Source of the DNA: a virus
Reading direction: 5' to 3' (one strand)
Virus genome (UHGV): UHGV-1410950
DNA: 64,000 bases
Made by a program: the position numbers and the translations under genes. This document shows, piece after piece, positions 27,177 to 36,820 of the stretch. How positions within the stretch are numbered: position 1 is the first letter of the stretch; each line of letters starts with the position of its first letter. The notes under the pieces are model-generated. The model was not told where the DNA came from and ran no database searches. It saw nothing but the letters and a program-made list of their open reading frames with translations.

Positions 27177-27676
27177 CGGCGCACGGGGTTCAGCTTTGTG
27201 AATCGGTCGCGCGGCTTCGCGTTGTCCACGATAGCTTTGACGATGGCCTGCGCTTCTTCTCGCGTTCTTACGTTTTGCTGGCTTGAGGTGTCCGATTGAG
27301 ACTGGCAAAGCAAATCCTCCATGGCTTTCATCACAGCGTCCCGCTGGGCTTCCAGCAGGTCGATTTTGTCTTGTTGTTTCTGGTGGCGCTGGTACGAGTG
27401 CCAGTTACCGCCTTGGCGCATACTCAGCTGGATATCCCGCACCTCATCCGGCGTCAGCACAGTCAGCGGCTGCTCCGGGGTGAGGATCATGCAGTTGTTT
27501 TCCCAGTCCATGCCGCGCATCAGGGCTTGAGCCTCGACGTGCGGGATTGGGCCCATCGTGCTGTCACGCGGGATGACAGGGATGATCAGGCGCTCAGCAG
27601 GGTGAGTGCTGCGGGAATTGTCCGCCAGTGCTTCGAGGGCTTTGGCGGCGGTAATCGGTTCAAGCGGTCGGGCCAT
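27173..27676 (-). CDS. hypothetical protein
   Basis: Start MARPLEPIT with GGAGAAA RBS. Confidence 0.5.
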   Translation of the reverse strand: MARPLEPITAAKALEALADNSRSTHPAERLIIPVIPRDSTMGPIPHVEAQALMRGMDWENNCMILTPEQPLTVLTPDEVRDIQLSMRQGGNWHSYQRHQKQQDKIDLLEAQRDAVMKAMEDLLCQSQSDTSSQQNVRTREEAQAIVKAIVDNAKPRDRFTKLNPVRR

Positions 27677-28043
27677 TGGGTTTCTCCGGTTGATAGATAA
27701 CTGATTCAATCCAGTGGGCATCATCCCCCATGCAGTGACATTTGCTCTCCAGCGGTTCATCCAGCCCCTCAGCCTCGCAGGAGGAGCAGGTGAACAGCTT
27801 GCGCGGGTTGCCTAACGTTGCGTGCTGCATTCTCATGGCGACGCGCATACGCTGGTTTTCTTCCTGAGTCTCTTTCAGCTCATCCAGCAGGGACTTGATG
27901 CGCTCGGCGTTCCATTCCTCATCGGTCTGGTCGTACAGCTTGCACGCGCCCATGTAGTCGCCGGGACTGTTTTTCTTGTGCTCGATGATCTCCACGGCGA
28001 GGTCATACATGCGCTGCTTGTCAGCCTGGCTGATTCTGCTCAT
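27660..28043 (-). CDS. Cys-rich protein
   Basis: CSSCEAEG ... CHCMGDDAH metal-binding-like motifs. Confidence 0.45.
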   Translation of the reverse strand: MSRISQADKQRMYDLAVEIIEHKKNSPGDYMGACKLYDQTDEEWNAERIKSLLDELKETQEENQRMRVAMRMQHATLGNPRKLFTCSSCEAEGLDEPLESKCHCMGDDAHWIESVIYQPEKPNGPTA

Positions 28044-28355
28044 CCGGCCCCCCAAGCGCATATTTCAGGTAGTCAGTATCTCCAGTGTCACGGTGAGCCA
28101 GATTGCCCTGACTGTTTGTGACAAACTGACCTTTAGGCAGGTAGACACGCGGGAACAGACCATGCCATTTCCCCTCGGTGATGGTTGGATGCCCACCCTT
28201 GAGGTGCGTCGGGCCGCAGGCGCTACACAGTTTCATGCCTTCTCGCTCCGGCGCATAGCTCCAGTCAAACGAGCTCGGCGCGTGGTAGAACATGCCTACG
28301 CCGCACGCGGTGTTTTCCGCACAGCCGCAGCGCTCACATTGGAAGATGCTCATCA
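28021..28355 (-). CDS. Cys-rich zinc-ribbon protein (111 aa)
   Basis: Start MSIFQCERCGC in a TGATG overlap with 28353..28547. The upstream 75 aa of the track ORF are another gene's alternate frame. Confidence 0.5.
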
Positions 28356-28547
28356 GTGAACTCCCAGAATCAAAATCGGTCGCAGCTTCGCCAGCACGGC
28401 AAAGCCGATAATCAGGTATGCCAGCAGCCATCGCACATCGGCCCAAGTCATCGCGGTGCGGCCTGCAACATGCCAGCGGTGAATCTGCCAGAGCGGAAGC
28501 AGCAGGAAGCACAGGATCAGCGCCAGCATGACGCTTTGCCCTGTCAT
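28353..28547 (-). CDS. small membrane protein (64 aa)
   Basis: Two transmembrane segments (MLALILCFLLLPLW ... LLAYLIIGFAVLA). Confidence 0.5.
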   Translation of the reverse strand: MTGQSVMLALILCFLLLPLWQIHRWHVAGRTAMTWADVRWLLAYLIIGFAVLAKLRPILILGVH

Positions 28548-28909
28548 CGCGCTTTCTCCTCCTCCAGAGTTTCCTCAATGATGCGCCCGGCTACCCAGTT
28601 GCTCAGGTTCTTGCGGGACGGAAGTCGCTTATAGCGGCCTTTGTGCCCGTTACGCTGCCCGCGCTGGGAATTCCAGCGGCGCAGGGTTGGCGCGTTGATT
28701 TTGGGCGGCAGCTTGGTCGGTTGAAGGGCCAGCTGTAATGCGGCGAGATACTGCACGCAGCTCTCATCGACGTTAGCGTCTGGGCCGATGTTAAGCCCGG
28801 TCTCGTTATTGAGCACCTTGCGCACCAGCTCCAGCGGCATGTTGGCGATGCGTGCCGCCAGCTCCGGTTGGTGCTCATTGAGCCATGCGGTCAGGATTGC
28901 GCGGCTCAT
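28544..28909 (-). CDS. hypothetical protein
   Basis: 121-aa ORF. Confidence 0.5.
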   Translation of the reverse strand: MSRAILTAWLNEHQPELAARIANMPLELVRKVLNNETGLNIGPDANVDESCVQYLAALQLALQPTKLPPKINAPTLRRWNSQRGQRNGHKGRYKRLPSRKNLSNWVAGRIIEETLEEEKAR

Positions 28910-29020
28910 AAGACTACTCCAGCAGGAATGGTCATCGTTGGAATCCTTGGGTAATGTGCCGGGCGGTGTGCCCGGCCTTGATGAGACAATAGCGGATTAT
29001 TTACGTCTTGTACAGCGTAA

Positions 29021-29431
29021 TTATTTGGCGCGTGTCAAAACTGCGCTGTAAGTGGTCATCGGGTGGATCTCGTAGCAGCCATTGCAGAGCAGGTGATTGT
29101 TAGTCATATGCAGGTGCCCGCAGCCATCACAGCGATAAACTGTCTGCGTCAGCGCATTGGTGCCACCCTCGCGCAGCCAGAGCGGTACGGCGGCGATCCG
29201 GTTGTGCAGCTCGCCAGCCTCCTCGCAGCACTCGTTGTGCGCCATCGCCTCATTGCGCATGTCTTCCTCGGAACCAACGCAGCTCTCGGAGTAGTAAACC
29301 TTTCCGGTGTCCACGTACATCAGGCCCCACGTAAACGGCTCATTGCGGTCGGCAGCAGTGCAACGAGCCGCAAGCGCCTCGGCTTCCTCGGCAATGCGCT
29401 CGGCGTTTTTCAGGTGCTCGGATTTCATGGC
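29021..29431 (-). CDS. Cys-rich protein
   Basis: Start MKSEHLK in an ATGA overlap. CDGCGH ... CNGC motifs. Confidence 0.5.
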   Translation of the reverse strand, partial: AMKSEHLKNAERIAEEAEALAARCTAADRNEPFTWGLMYVDTGKVYYSESCVGSEEDMRNEAMAHNECCEEAGELHNRIAAVPLWLREGGTNALTQTVYRCDGCGHLHMTNNHLLCNGCYEIHPMTTYSAVLTRAK

Positions 29432-30753
29432 TTGGCCCTCAGTTGGTTGATGACCTCCAGCACATCCTCCAGCGCGATGTGTGAAGTGGTGTACTTCTGC
29501 GGCAGCGCCTTGAGGTTGGAGATCAGGCGATTCACCTCGATCACATCCGACTCCGGCGCGAGGCGGCACATCACCTCAGGCAGTTTGCAGTTGATTGGCT
29601 CGCCAGCGAACAGCGGCAGGACGTACAGCCCGCCAGTTTCGTTGCAGTGCTTCACCGCATCTTCCTCGCTCCACAGGAGATAGGTCTGATATCCGTGGAC
29701 ATCCACCCAGAAGCGCGGGCGCGGTCGCAGGGCTTCGGCAATGCAGCGGATCAGGCAGATGGCGTTGTCCTCGGTAGTGTCACCCATCAGGTTCTGGATG
29801 GCGTCGTGAACATCGGGGAGGTCGCTGATCCCCTTGTAGTCCTGCCAGCTCATGCCAGTGTTGATGGGTGGCTGCTGAGTCAGGCGCTCGATTCCATCCA
29901 GCGCAATACGCATCGCTTGGATTGCCGCCTGCCCGTCTGGCAGCGTGCCATAACGTTCGAAGCAGTCCAGCAGGTTACGCATGATTTGCGGGGTCAGCTC
30001 TTTGTAAGCGTGCTCCAGCGGGCCAGTGATCAGTTTGGGTTTTTTGCACATGGTGCGGCTGTAGTAATCAGACCAGATCTCAGGCTTGACCGTACCAGTC
30101 TGCTTTGGCTGGCTGTAGGCGTAATGTTTCAGAGCGCCCACGGTGGCGCTGGCAGCGTGCTGCGGGTGACTGATAGCGCCCAGAGCCGCGCCCAGCAATC
30201 CACGCGGGACGGTGATCGGGTCGTTGTCGTCCTCCAGTGATGCGACGGTCTTCGCGGTCAGCTCCGGGGTGATCTCCGGTTCAGGCTTCGCGGTGCTCCA
30301 GCCGTGATGGTGCATAAACGCGGCATAGGCCATCACATCGCGCGGGTCGCCTTTCTGGATGTGGTGCATCAGATCGGCGCGGCAATCGTCCTCCCAGTCG
30401 TGGCGCATCCAGCCTACCGGGTCAGCCTTGCGCTTGTTCTGCGCGGCGAGCAGCTTATTGCCCAGCGCCTGCGCGGTATCGACGATCAGATACTGCGTCG
30501 AGCGGGCCAGCCCTTCCGGCAGCTTAACGGTGAAGTGCTCCATGCCATCCGGCCCCATTGCTGGCTCGGCTTTGCGGCTGGCATCGCGCAGCTGGTCGAT
30601 CAGGGTGCGGATAAGTCCGCCGTAGTTCGGTGCCAGCGCCAACATGGCGTTATCCAGCTCATAGCCTGCGTCGGTGGAGTGCTCGCCAGCGGCCTCAGCT
30701 GACACTGCTCTTTCGTACAGGTCAGCCAGTTGTTGCTCGGTGTAGGTGCTCAT
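29425..30753 (-). CDS. hypothetical protein (442 aa)
   Basis: Long ORF without recognised motifs. Confidence 0.6.
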   Translation of the reverse strand: MSTYTEQQLADLYERAVSAEAAGEHSTDAGYELDNAMLALAPNYGGLIRTLIDQLRDASRKAEPAMGPDGMEHFTVKLPEGLARSTQYLIVDTAQALGNKLLAAQNKRKADPVGWMRHDWEDDCRADLMHHIQKGDPRDVMAYAAFMHHHGWSTAKPEPEITPELTAKTVASLEDDNDPITVPRGLLGAALGAISHPQHAASATVGALKHYAYSQPKQTGTVKPEIWSDYYSRTMCKKPKLITGPLEHAYKELTPQIMRNLLDCFERYGTLPDGQAAIQAMRIALDGIERLTQQPPINTGMSWQDYKGISDLPDVHDAIQNLMGDTTEDNAICLIRCIAEALRPRPRFWVDVHGYQTYLLWSEEDAVKHCNETGGLYVLPLFAGEPINCKLPEVMCRLAPESDVIEVNRLISNLKALPQKYTTSHIALEDVLEVINQLRAKP

Positions 30754-31064
30754 TCGGTTCGATCCTTGGTTTGTTGATATGCCACCGCGCCAGCTCCGGT
30801 GACAACGGTCTGGTGCCAGTGGTTTGGCTGCTTAGCCGCAGCCCGTGGGTTGGCAAAATCAATTAGCCCCAAGCGGTACAGCACTGGGATGCTGGGCGCG
30901 TTTACTGGTGTTGTAGTGCGGAACCATTCCCCACGGGACACGCCGATATCTGGCCTGTTCTCGTGGGCCTTCTTTCCATCACCGCGCAGGCTGTAGCTGG
31001 TGCCGGACATAATGCGGCGCAGGGTGTAAACCTGCGCCATGGTCAGCTTTGGAGGCTTAACCAT
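30750..31064 (-). CDS. hypothetical protein
   Basis: Start MVKPPKLT (ATGGTTAA overlap). Confidence 0.45.
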   Translation of the reverse strand: MVKPPKLTMAQVYTLRRIMSGTSYSLRGDGKKAHENRPDIGVSRGEWFRTTTPVNAPSIPVLYRLGLIDFANPRAAAKQPNHWHQTVVTGAGAVAYQQTKDRTE

Positions 31065-32721
31065 TGGTCTTCTCTTTCGCGTTGATAGCGTTGATATGCG
31101 ACTGCACCAGCGCACGGATAGCCGCCATGACAGGAACAGGCGGACGGTTCAGCTTATCGCCGCACAGGTCATCAATCGCGCCGATGATAGCCCGGTCGGC
31201 GTTGCGCTCGGTCATCACGGTGCGCAGCAGCTCGTCGTGTTTGTGCTGGGCGACGGACAGGCCCTTGATGAACGTGTACAGCTCAGTAACGTTGTCGCGC
31301 CAGTCGTCTTTGACTTCCAGCTCATAGTTGCCGATCAGTGTGGCGATTGCGTTGCGCGGCGCGTTGAATTTCTCCTCCAGACGGTTAGCCAGCACCTCCC
31401 ACGGATGGTTGGCATATGGCGCGGCGTCGGTTGCTGGGCTATCCCACTCTACCAGCTCACAGATGCGGTCATGCAGGATCATGGCACCGCCGCGATAGCG
31501 GGTGATGGTGTTCACGTAGTCACGGATGCCGATCAGCAGCTCAGGGAGTGACGGCAGCATGTCAGGGGTGGACGGCTGAATCATGCAGAGCGCCATCACT
31601 TCGCGCTTGAATGGGTCAAGTGTAGTCTGCGATGACCGGACGCTGGTCAGGTCGTTAGCCAGCTTGGTGACGAGCGCCGGAAGCTCTTTCGGATTTTCGA
31701 CGACGACGCCCAGCACGCGCTGGATATCTTTCAGGGTGCAGTATGCAGTGTCACGCTCGCCGCGTGCTAGTGCCAGCTCCTGATCAGCTTTAGCCAGCTG
31801 GCCTGCGGTCTCTTTGTTGGCTTCGCGGGACTGGCGCAGATTGTCGAACAGCTCCGCCGTGATGGCAGGCAGATCGCCGTATTCGTAGTCCGGGTCAACC
31901 TCCAGAGAGGTGCGGATGTCGTGCAGGATGGTTTTGCAGTCAGCCAGATCAACGGTGGCATCTGCCAGCGCGTTGGTGCGCTCGGTCAACAGGTCGGCAT
32001 TCTCTTTGAAGTTGCGGACGTAGGTCAGCAGGCTGCTCGGCGTTGCATCAAGCTTGCCAGTGATACTGCGCAGCTCGTTGATGATTTTGGTGTGCTCACA
32101 GGCGATCTTGGCGCTTTCGTCAGCCCTGACCTTAACTGCCATGACAGCAGCCACCGGGCCGCTACTGGTCGGGATCATGAAGCGCTCGCGCAGCTGGCTG
32201 ATAGCTTCGCTGTGCTCATTCAGTGCGTGATCCGCCTGGCTGAATTTGGCTTGCAGTTTTTCATGTTCTTGCACGACTACGCTGGCAATCATCTGAGGGT
32301 CGGATGACTTGATGCTGAACTTTTTGCCGATGACGTTAAGCGCCGCACGCAGCGAGTCGCAGGTATCGCGCAGGTCTTTCTCGCGGTCAGTCATTTCAGC
32401 AGGCGCTACGGCTCGCGGGTCTGTTTGAACCACTGTAACGGGTTGCCCTTCCATGGGGTAACGCAGCTGAATTGAAGCGCCTTTGATAAACAGGTCTTCG
32501 GTGTCGATGTGCGCAGCCATGTTCAGCAGTGCGCAGACGCGCCGGGCGATCACTTCCTCAGACGGTGGCACGCCGCTGTTTTCCGGGATAGTGATGATTG
32601 ACTCGATGGTATCACCGCCGCCCTGTGCATGGGGCATACGGATAGCAATGTCGTGGATGCCGCCGATGAGGCGCGTGGTGTACATCGGGGCAGATGGGTC
32701 GGGTTTGATAAGCATTGCCAT
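31057..32721 (-). CDS. hypothetical coiled-coil protein (554 aa)
   Basis: Long ORF, helical/coiled-coil rich. Confidence 0.6.
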   Translation of the reverse strand: MAMLIKPDPSAPMYTTRLIGGIHDIAIRMPHAQGGGDTIESIITIPENSGVPPSEEVIARRVCALLNMAAHIDTEDLFIKGASIQLRYPMEGQPVTVVQTDPRAVAPAEMTDREKDLRDTCDSLRAALNVIGKKFSIKSSDPQMIASVVVQEHEKLQAKFSQADHALNEHSEAISQLRERFMIPTSSGPVAAVMAVKVRADESAKIACEHTKIINELRSITGKLDATPSSLLTYVRNFKENADLLTERTNALADATVDLADCKTILHDIRTSLEVDPDYEYGDLPAITAELFDNLRQSREANKETAGQLAKADQELALARGERDTAYCTLKDIQRVLGVVVENPKELPALVTKLANDLTSVRSSQTTLDPFKREVMALCMIQPSTPDMLPSLPELLIGIRDYVNTITRYRGGAMILHDRICELVEWDSPATDAAPYANHPWEVLANRLEEKFNAPRNAIATLIGNYELEVKDDWRDNVTELYTFIKGLSVAQHKHDELLRTVMTERNADRAIIGAIDDLCGDKLNRPPVPVMAAIRALVQSHINAINAKEKTNG

Positions 32722-32748
32722 GATGGGCTCCTTTTGAGTGAGCCCCCA

Positions 32749-32776
32749 CGATACAGCGTCTTAAGGTTAATCGCAA
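32749..32776 (-). promoter_or_regulatory. candidate promoter TTGCGA-16-TATCGT
   Basis: Weak sigma70-like match upstream of the 554-aa gene. Confidence 0.3.
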
Positions 32777-32804
32777 CGCATTTTTGCGGCAGTCAGGACG
32801 TAAG

Positions 32805-33146
32805 TCACTTCGGCAGCTCGGTGGCCACAATCTCAGCCGGGAAGTCAGGCGACGGGTGCGGATTCACCACGCAGCGGATCCCCATGTTAACCGGGGCGGC
32901 TGATTTGGCACGGTTGCGGGGCTTGCCCATGATACCGCAGCAGCAGAGCACGCTGGCGTCGCGTCCGTATGCCACAGCGCCGCAGTGGGTGCAGCGGTAG
33001 TTCCGGTCTTTGCCCTCTCCCTCAGAGCTCACGATACGCCCAAAGCACTTCTTGCAGATGTGGGGCTCAAGCGCCCACAGGTCGGAGGTCTTTTTTTTAT
33101 GTTGCGAGTCGGTTAGTGCCTCGCTGTTTTTGGGTGATGCGCACAT
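32805..33146 (-). CDS. zinc-finger protein
   Basis: CKKCFG ... CTHCG ... CCCG. Confidence 0.5.
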   Translation of the reverse strand: MCASPKNSEALTDSQHKKKTSDLWALEPHICKKCFGRIVSSEGEGKDRNYRCTHCGAVAYGRDASVLCCCGIMGKPRNRAKSAAPVNMGIRCVVNPHPSPDFPAEIVATELPK

Positions 33147-33691
33147 TAAAACAATTCTCCTTGCACTGGTACGACTCCGTAGCCATCTGGTCTGACCACC
33201 CGAAGCCCAAAATATACCTGCCGCGTGTTGTCCCGTAGTGCCCCGATAATCAGCTCATCGACTGACACAGCGCGTTGCTTGCGAACCGTCACCACATTCC
33301 CCCCGGTCATCACCGTAACGGCATGAGGCACCAGAGGGGGGTGGTTGAGGGGCTTGCGACCACGGGCATTCTTGCCGATGACGCACTCTCTCTCACGATT
33401 CCAGCAGCTAACGCAGATGTCATGCCCGATGAGCCTGAGGCCAGTACGTTGACAGCGTGAACAGATGGGGATTCCGCACAGTGAAGACTGGGCAATATCA
33501 CCCTCTCCGGCGTGATGGGCACCGATGGGGCATGATTTGCACAGCTGGGAGCATTCAGGAGACTTGTTGTTATTGGTTTGAGACCAAAGAGCGGCGCAAG
33601 ACGAGACCTGCAAGGAGGCGCTGCGTCTGGCGCAATGAAACATCGGTTTGCCTGGTAATTCTGGCAATGTGAAGTATTCGATTGGTTCCAT
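33146..33691 (-). CDS. Cys-rich zinc-binding protein
   Basis: Multiple CxxC pairs (CKSC, CSRC, CVSC). Confidence 0.5.
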   Translation of the reverse strand: MEPIEYFTLPELPGKPMFHCARRSASLQVSSCAALWSQTNNNKSPECSQLCKSCPIGAHHAGEGDIAQSSLCGIPICSRCQRTGLRLIGHDICVSCWNRERECVIGKNARGRKPLNHPPLVPHAVTVMTGGNVVTVRKQRAVSVDELIIGALRDNTRQVYFGLRVVRPDGYGVVPVQGELF

Positions 33692-33827
33692 GAGAAAACT
33701 CTCACCCGTTCGTCTTAGTCGAGCAGAGTATAGCGCTTTTTTGAGGTGATGGAAGCCGTGACGGCTTGGTACAGCGTGTTGCAGTGCGAAAAAGTGGAAT
33801 TGTCACAGAAAAATAGCCAGACAGAGC

Positions 33828-33896
33828 CACATAAATAAATAAATAAATATAAATAAATTATATAGTTAGTTAGTAGTAGTAGTAAGTGTCTGTGTT
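33828..33896. repeat. microsatellites (AAAT)n and (TAGT/TAG)n inside a 515-bp AT-rich noncoding region
   Basis: aaataaataaataaatataaataaatt then tagttagttagtagtagtagtaag. Confidence 0.8.
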
Positions 33897-34156
33897 GTGC
33901 TGTGACTGTGTTACGGCTGTGACGGTAAATCTATACCATTACGCGACTCAGGATGCCTATTACAGTATATCAATATCCTTACAGTAATTATTTTATTACT
34001 CTATAGGGGTATTTCTTTAGTTCTCTATATCTCCCTCGCATTTTTACTGTCCCACCGTCACAACTCCCACGCAAGCCGCGTCATTGCTGGATTTTTTGCG
34101 TTACTCAGGCACTGACACAGCAACTGGTGCAACTGTCCCCGCGTCACAGAAAAACC

Positions 34157-34180
34157 AAAAAAAAGCCCGCTTGCGCGGGC
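34157..34180 (-). terminator. rho-independent terminator after the Cro/CI-like gene
   Basis: gcccgc-ttgc-gcgggc preceded on + by A8. Confidence 0.65.
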
Positions 34181-34206
34181 ATTATCATTACTCTGTAACG
34201 AATTAA

Positions 34207-34628
34207 TTAAAAGTAGTCATCTTCCGCCTCGCCGATGGCCTCGCGTATTTTTTTCATGGCCTCCTCGGCTGATTTTAAGTTAAGTATTACATCGTCACGA
34301 TTATATTTCGGTTGGTTGTCCTGCACATCGCGCATGAGCCTCAGCATTGCGTTGGCACCGCGCACGAATTTATCCGTGTATTCCCCTTCGACTTTGGTCA
34401 GGTCAACGCTAGGGTTGAGGGTCAGCAGCATCGCCTCAAAGCGCTCATTGTTGACCTCAGGGATTTCCATCGCAGGCACGCGGCGTGCAGATACCAGGAT
34501 GCGCCCGGCGATAACCTCGGCGTCGTTCTTAATCCACTGGTGAACCTGCGGGGCATGAACCTTGAGCGCTCGCGCGAATTCAGTCTTATTGTCAGCGTAG
34601 TAGAGCGCGATATAGGTCGAGAGTTTCA
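34207..34628 (-). CDS. Cro/CI-type helix-turn-helix regulator
   Basis: Start MKLSTYIALYYADNKTEFARALKVHAPQVHQWIK (helix-turn-helix) with GAGGAAA RBS. The track ORF has a 52-aa spurious extension. Confidence 0.65.
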
Positions 34629-34631
34629 TCA

Positions 34632-34832
34632 CTATTTCCTCAGAATAAACGCCCGGAACACGGGCCAAAACAGAATATCGAATAGCAGCCAGAACAGGGC
34701 CAGCCCCACACCCAGCCACCACAGATCGCGCTGCTGGCTGGCATCGAAAATCATAAACGCCGGGATAAAGAGCAGTCCGAAGCAAATCAGCACGCTCAGC
34801 AGCTCACAGGCGCGGTTGATTGACTTAATCAC
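34632..34832 (-). CDS. small membrane protein
   Basis: 66 aa, two transmembrane segments. Confidence 0.5.
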   Translation of the reverse strand: MIKSINRACELLSVLICFGLLFIPAFMIFDASQQRDLWWLGVGLALFWLLFDILFWPVFRAFILRK

Positions 34833-35244
34833 CGTATCGCCCCCCGTTATACGTTGCGCCTTTCGGCAGGACGGTGCAGGACTCGGTTTTGTAGCTATGC
34901 ACGCTGCGGTCGTAATGCGGAATGCTGGCGGTCAGCTTGGCGCACTCGCGCTCGGCGTCGGCGGGATCCGTGAACACCGCCAGCAGGGTATCGCAGGCAT
35001 CATCGTTACCGTAGTCCGTGTGGAAATACAGCGCGGTGGCCGGATGCTCTCCAATCGCCTGCTGATATGCCGCCATATGTTCGAGGCAGGCAATGCAGGT
35101 TACTTCGCCGTCCTCGATCAGCGGTGCATCGGATTCATGCGGCCCTCCCGGCGTGCCCATATGCCAGCCGCACGGGGTGGCGAGGCGGCGGAACGTCACA
35201 TACAGATGCGCAGTGCCTTGCGGGTGGAATTTGATGGTTTTCAT
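34825..35244 (-). CDS. hypothetical protein
   Basis: 139-aa ORF. Confidence 0.5.
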   Translation of the reverse strand: MKTIKFHPQGTAHLYVTFRRLATPCGWHMGTPGGPHESDAPLIEDGEVTCIACLEHMAAYQQAIGEHPATALYFHTDYGNDDACDTLLAVFTDPADAERECAKLTASIPHYDRSVHSYKTESCTVLPKGATYNGGRYGD

Positions 35245-35459
35245 GATTTCATGCCTTTCAGGTTATCGCGCAGGCCCAGAGCAGATCCCAGCGTCAGACT
35301 AAACAGGACGGCGAACAGAGCGCCGACCATTACCATTCCCGGCGCGGAATCGCTGCCATCGTACCCGGTAGCGCCTACCCAGAAGCCGCCCAGAGCCAGC
35401 ACCGCAAACAACGCAGTAAAGAAGCGGGCCATGCTGTAAAGCTCACGAATTCTTTCCAC
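35241..35459 (-). CDS. small membrane protein
   Basis: 72 aa, two transmembrane segments. Confidence 0.5.
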   Translation of the reverse strand: MERIRELYSMARFFTALFAVLALGGFWVGATGYDGSDSAPGMVMVGALFAVLFSLTLGSALGLRDNLKGMKS

Positions 35460-35460
35460 G

Positions 35461-36081
35461 TTATTCTCCTTTATAAAACTCGTTAATCACATCAATTTTG
35501 CAGTGCTGCTCTACCTCGCGCAGCTGCTGCTTGTAGCGTGCAGGCATCCCGTCTTTCATGCGGTGCCATTTCAGGTCGGTGAGCAGGCTGTACCACTGTC
35601 CGCCACACTCGACGAATTGCCCGGCATCGCACGCATAGCGGGTGCCTTCGATCAGGTAATACTGCGGCGTTTTCTCGCCTTTCGCCGGGTCGCCCAGCTT
35701 GGTGGCCCGTGCAGGCGATTTGCCGTAGCCTACCGCCGCAATGCAGCGTCGGGTCAGGTGCTCAGCGGCAGGATACCAGTACCCGTCATCGTGCAGTTTC
35801 AGCGGGTGCGCCTGCGGGTCATCCGGGATCAGGAAGGCATCACCGTGATAGTTGTACATCGTGCCGAAAACGGCAGGCTTGGTCGGCTCACGGTCGGCAA
35901 TGAAGCGCTTAACCTTGAAGCCTTCCATCACGTCAGGCGTAACACCGTGGCGTGCGCAGATGTCAGCCAGTGCGGCCTCAGCCTCAGCGCGGAATGATTC
36001 AAACGCGGCATCCGGCAGGCGTACCATTGCCCAGTCGATAGCCTCAGCAGCCGGGCCAGTGAGCAGGGTGTATTTGGACAT
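35461..36081 (-). CDS. hypothetical protein
   Basis: 206-aa ORF. Confidence 0.55.
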   Translation of the reverse strand: MSKYTLLTGPAAEAIDWAMVRLPDAAFESFRAEAEAALADICARHGVTPDVMEGFKVKRFIADREPTKPAVFGTMYNYHGDAFLIPDDPQAHPLKLHDDGYWYPAAEHLTRRCIAAVGYGKSPARATKLGDPAKGEKTPQYYLIEGTRYACDAGQFVECGGQWYSLLTDLKWHRMKDGMPARYKQQLREVEQHCKIDVINEFYKGE

Positions 36082-36083
36082 AA

Positions 36084-36359
36084 TTAAAATCCTCCTGGTG
36101 CATTAGCAACGCGTTTCAGATGGTCGCGGTATTGCGCTTTGGTTTCGGTCATCAGCTCAGCCGGAACCTTACGGATCAGGGTGAATTGCTCGCCTGCGAG
36201 GTTGTAGCAGATGAAGCCGATCCCGTGGGAGCCGTCACCAAACTGGCGACCGGACACGCGCACGGCGATCCTTTCACTTTTGCCGTTGGTAGCTTGCGAC
36301 ATCGCTTTTTTGAGGATGTCAGCGAAGGCTTTCGCCTCCGCACCAGATAAAGTTTTCAT
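36084..36359 (-). CDS. hypothetical protein
   Basis: 91-aa ORF. Confidence 0.5.
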   Translation of the reverse strand: MKTLSGAEAKAFADILKKAMSQATNGKSERIAVRVSGRQFGDGSHGIGFICYNLAGEQFTLIRKVPAELMTETKAQYRDHLKRVANAPGGF

Positions 36360-36820
36360 CAGCGATCCCCTTCGTGGGTTGCGTCTTCAATCTCGCGGAG
36401 GCTTTTCCCTTCCGCCAGTGCTTTGGCCTGCCAGTAGTCGAGGCATCCCATCTGCGCTTCCATCTGTTCTTGATGCGCGGCATCCATCCAGCCAGCGTTT
36501 TCCAGATGGCGCTCATATGCGGCATCCGGGTCGCCGTGGTCGGCAAACTGCTCATACAGGTGGTCTTCGGTCTCTTTCTTCCACTCGGTGAAAGAGGCCA
36601 GCGCCGCGTTGAGCATCACCGGAGAATTGGAGAAGAACAGCGCCTTTTTCTCGGTGCGCTCAGCGCTGCCAGTCAGGGCCCAGCGCAGCACGACCACTTT
36701 GCCTTCGCCGCCGATTTCAACGCTCAGGTTATGAGCCGGGGAGCTCATGATCAGCTCGGTTAACAGCAGCTCAAATTCGGCCTTGGTCATGCGCGGTGCG
36801 GTGCGTTTTATGTTGGTCAT
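36359..36820 (-). CDS. hypothetical protein
   Basis: 153-aa ORF. Promoter 36855-36883 upstream. Confidence 0.55.
   Translation of the reverse strand: MTNIKRTAPRMTKAEFELLLTELIMSSPAHNLSVEIGGEGKVVVLRWALTGSAERTEKKALFFSNSPVMLNAALASFTEWKKETEDHLYEQFADHGDPDAAYERHLENAGWMDAAHQEQMEAQMGCLDYWQAKALAEGKSLREIEDATHEGDR

Noticed and set aside
28021-28578. Single 185-aa protein as given by the ORF track
   Set aside because: Better explained as two genes in different frames with a TGATG junction at 28353-28357.
30745-30770. tRNA-like GGTTCGATCC (T-arm consensus)
   Set aside because: Lies inside overlapping coding sequences (29425..30753 and 30750..31064). No cloverleaf can be built around it. No other tRNA hallmarks in the window.
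34312-35439. 375-aa plus-strand ORF
   Set aside because: Spans several well-formed, translationally coupled minus-strand genes. Arg-rich wrong-frame composition.
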